A DNA stretch of 64,000 bases from a virus. The position numbers and the translations under genes are program-made. Positions 61,719 to 64,000 of the stretch are shown here, piece by piece (position 1 is the first letter of the stretch; each line of letters starts with the position of its first letter). The stretch covers positions 17,153 to 81,152 of the IMG/VR virus record IMGVR_UViG_3300042691_032784; one strand, given 5' to 3'. A model generated the notes under the pieces. It saw nothing but the letters and a program-made list of their open reading frames with translations. It did no database searches and was not told the DNA's origin.

Positions 61719-62144
61719 ATGAAATATATAAATAAAATTATTGAATTTTTTAAATATGTAACACAAACTTCTAATTGGTTATTACATATTATATTAGGTA
61801 TAGGTATTGGTAATATGTTACTTTGTTATGTTAGAAATACTTTTCTACAATTAATAATTGCTGTTTTATTTACTACTGTTATTGCAGGACTATTAGAAAA
61901 AGGACAAAGTATAGTACTAAAAGTAAAACCTGATATTAGAGATGTTATTGCTACTGGTATATTAGGAGGTTTTATTAGTTTTTTAATTAATATTACTTTT
62001 TATGGTATTCATTTTGATACTGCTAAAATTGAAAATAAAGAATTTCTTTCTATAATATTTTATAGTGGAGTTATTTTAGTTATTTATTCTATTATACATT
62101 GGACTATTATTCAATTTATTAAATTAAAAAAAGAAAATAAATGA
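61719..62144 (+). CDS. Multi-pass membrane protein
   Basis: About four TM helices; ATG start at 61719 preferred. Confidence 0.65.
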   Translation: MKYINKIIEFFKYVTQTSNWLLHIILGIGIGNMLLCYVRNTFLQLIIAVLFTTVIAGLLEKGQSIVLKVKPDIRDVIATGILGGFISFLINITFYGIHFDTAKIENKEFLSIIFYSGVILVIYSIIHWTIIQFIKLKKENK

Positions 62145-62509
62145 TTTGGATATTATTAACTTTAATAGCTTATATACTATTTAATATTCTATTTATAGTT
62201 AATTTTTTTGCAGTAATTTATAAATATGGTTTTAAATGTTCTGTAATTATTGGTTTTTTTAAACAAACAGCTATTGATTTAGATAGATATGGAAATCATA
62301 ATTACAGAACTTTATTTAATATTGCATTAAAAAAAGAAAATGGTTATAAATTTGGTAATGTTAATGAAACTATAAGTAGTGTTTTAGGTAAAAATAAAAG
62401 AGATAGTACTTTATCTAAAATAGGTATAATTGTTTGTACTATTTTAGATTTTTTAGATGAAAATCATTGTATAAAAAGTATTAATAATAATATATATAAT
62501 TATGAATAA
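62141..62509 (+). CDS. Conserved phage membrane protein
   Basis: N-terminal TM; IDLDRYGN...FGNVNETISSVLGK...HC pattern. Confidence 0.65.
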   Translation: MIWILLTLIAYILFNILFIVNFFAVIYKYGFKCSVIIGFFKQTAIDLDRYGNHNYRTLFNIALKKENGYKFGNVNETISSVLGKNKRDSTLSKIGIIVCTILDFLDENHCIKSINNNIYNYE

Positions 62510-63185
62510 AAATATTAAAAATATAGCAAGAATTGTAATAATAATAATTTTATTATTATTTGTATTTCATTTAGCAAAAGATTGGTTAAGACCTAAAATT
62601 ATTAAAACTTTAGGAGGTTATACTGATAAAGAAGTATCTAGTAAAATTGATACTTTAGAAAGACGTTATGATACTTTATATTTTGATTATCAAAATATTA
62701 TTAGTAATGCTAGTATTAGTAAAAGAGATACTCTAACTAATTATGTTATCAAATGGGAAACTAAATTTATAAATTCCGGTCAAATTTTTACTAAGGACAC
62801 GATTACACGCATTTCGGAAGCGTATATTTCATTCAATACCATAGATGATACTTTAATATCAGGAAAGATAAAAACCGTTATAAACGCTTCAAATTGCGAA
62901 ATTGTTGAACAAAATTTGGATTATAAACCTAAATTCCCTACATTAGTAAAAGAATATATTACTGTTAAAGAAACTATTACTGAAACTTTAACTAATGAAC
63001 CTAAAATTAAATTAGGTATTGGTGCAGATGCTACTTTTAATAGAGATTTTAGTTTATTTGGAGTATATCAAAGTAAAAATAATTGGCAAATTCAAGGTGG
63101 TTATCAATGGAATACTGAAACATTTGATAGAAATAATATTAGAAATACTGGTGCTATAAAAGTAGGATTAGTTAAATTATTTTAA
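62502..63185 (+). CDS. Putative spanin-like protein
   Basis: N-terminal signal-anchor, DT-rich stalk, C-terminal amphipathic beta strands ending in Phe. Confidence 0.5.
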   Translation: MNKNIKNIARIVIIIILLLFVFHLAKDWLRPKIIKTLGGYTDKEVSSKIDTLERRYDTLYFDYQNIISNASISKRDTLTNYVIKWETKFINSGQIFTKDTITRISEAYISFNTIDDTLISGKIKTVINASNCEIVEQNLDYKPKFPTLVKEYITVKETITETLTNEPKIKLGIGADATFNRDFSLFGVYQSKNNWQIQGGYQWNTETFDRNNIRNTGAIKVGLVKLF

Positions 63186-63929
63186 ATGAAAACATTAAAT
63201 CAAATAGCAGAAAATATTGCTTTTAAATTAGGAGATCAATTTAATCATACTTTACAAGAAAGTATAAAAGATACTCTAATAGATTGGAGAGCTAAATTTT
63301 TAAGAGATGATGCAGATAGAAATTTTATATCTGATATTCATTTTTCTCAAACTATTACTATACAATTTCAAAAAGTTAATTTATTAACTGAATTTAATGC
63401 TAATTTTGATTGTATTAATAGTATATGTAGTGGTATTCAAGAACAAGAAGAATATATGATTCTTAAAAGTACTAAAAAAATACCATTACCTATAAGAACT
63501 AAAATTAGTCATACAAATCCATATAATTATATAGGAAGTATTGATGGTTTTAGAAGTTTTAAATATACTACTATTGATAAATTTCCTTATTTAAAACATT
63601 TAAAATATAATAGTAGAGTTATTTATTATATTATTATAGATGGATATTTATATATAATAAATAATTTAGATTTGTGTGATATTAATAATACTTTAAATAT
63701 TTGTAATGTTATGATTCGTGGAGTTTTTGAAAATCCTAGAGAAGTATTTAAAGTTTGTTCTGTTAATAATGGATTTGCAGATGATGCTATTTTCCCCATA
63801 GGTGTTGATATGTTGATGCAAATTAGTAATGGTATTGTAAGAGGTGAATATCCTCTTAAATCTAGTAAAGGTGAAGAAATAAATATTAAGAATAATGATA
63901 ACAATCAAAACAATGTTCGAACTTCATAA
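63186..63929 (+). CDS. Tail ring/structural protein (crAss-like)
   Basis: MKTLNQI..., ILKSTKKIPLP, GYLYI, RGVFENP. Confidence 0.6.
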   Translation: MKTLNQIAENIAFKLGDQFNHTLQESIKDTLIDWRAKFLRDDADRNFISDIHFSQTITIQFQKVNLLTEFNANFDCINSICSGIQEQEEYMILKSTKKIPLPIRTKISHTNPYNYIGSIDGFRSFKYTTIDKFPYLKHLKYNSRVIYYIIIDGYLYIINNLDLCDINNTLNICNVMIRGVFENPREVFKVCSVNNGFADDAIFPIGVDMLMQISNGIVRGEYPLKSSKGEEINIKNNDNNQNNVRTS

Positions 63930-64000
63930 TACATTAATTAATGTAGAACTTGAAGAATTAGATAAAGAAGTTAAAAAACTTAAAGTTACATTAAAAAGTA
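63895..64000 (+). CDS. Partial ORF running off the window (MITIKTMFELHN...)
   Basis: Open from the ATG at 63895 to the window end. Confidence 0.55.
   Translation, partial: MITIKTMFELHNTLINVELEELDKEVKKLKVTLKS

Larger units (their letters stand above)
4089..63807. repeat. Dispersed ~25-bp motif CAACAY-N4-6-TCTAHGGGGGAAA, 18 copies on both strands
   Basis: Plus: 4341, 11091, 20671, 29248, 36648, 42103, 44244, 50033, 54566. Minus: 4089, 11410, 20984, 29444, 36516, 41631, 48021, 54294, 63790. Confidence 0.85.

Noticed and set aside
4089-63807. Dispersed motif as CRISPR repeats, IS ends or invertase sites
   Set aside because: No repeat-spacer periodicity, no transposase or recombinase in the window, and inversion between partners would break essential genes
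7738-63908. Short ORF-track entries antisense to or nested in real genes (7738, 11217, 14054, 15680, 19095, 19881, 23413, 23468, 34117, 40317, 40776, 41714, 44459, 60145, 60305, 63626, 63693)
   Set aside because: They shadow well-supported genes and have the I/F/S-rich composition typical of off-frame AT-rich DNA
1-64000. Stop-codon reassignment (TAG or TGA), known in some Crassvirales
   Set aside because: All core genes are full length in the standard code, and TAG and TGA both serve as stops (e.g. 21357, 38139, 9717, 34437)

Overview
This window is about 64 kb of a very AT-rich crAss-like (Crassvirales-type) phage genome that uses the standard genetic code. A Bacteroidota host, probably Flavobacteriaceae-like, is inferred from a TTTG-N19-TAnnTTTG promoter, AT-rich starts without Shine-Dalgarno sites and a Bacteroidota-type lipoprotein. 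Layout: (1) 1-9672 (+) is the 3' part of a giant virion RNA polymerase/cargo gene. (2) 9.7-41 kb (-) is the replication and accessory block: DUF932, dNMP kinase, ThyX, NTP pyrophosphatase, spore-photoproduct-lyase-like radical SAM, GHKL ATPase, ligase, primase, SSB-like, RecT-like, DnaB, SF2 and SF1 helicases, PolA, DEDDh exonuclease, GroES-like and many small ORFs. (3) 39.2-41.8 kb is a strand-switch region with long C-free and G-free tracts and a G-quadruplex motif. (4) 41.8-64 kb (+) is the packaging, capsid, tail and lysis block. The main unexplained signal is a ~25-bp bipartite DNA motif, CAACAY-N4-6-TCTAHGGGGGAAA. I counted 18 copies by eye, mostly inside genes in different frames and strands, and 14 of them form inverted pairs recurring every ~5-12 kb. 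A second family of ~100-bp quasi-palindromic elements resembles strong gyrase sites. All calls come from motif reading and recalled family knowledge; no database search was run.
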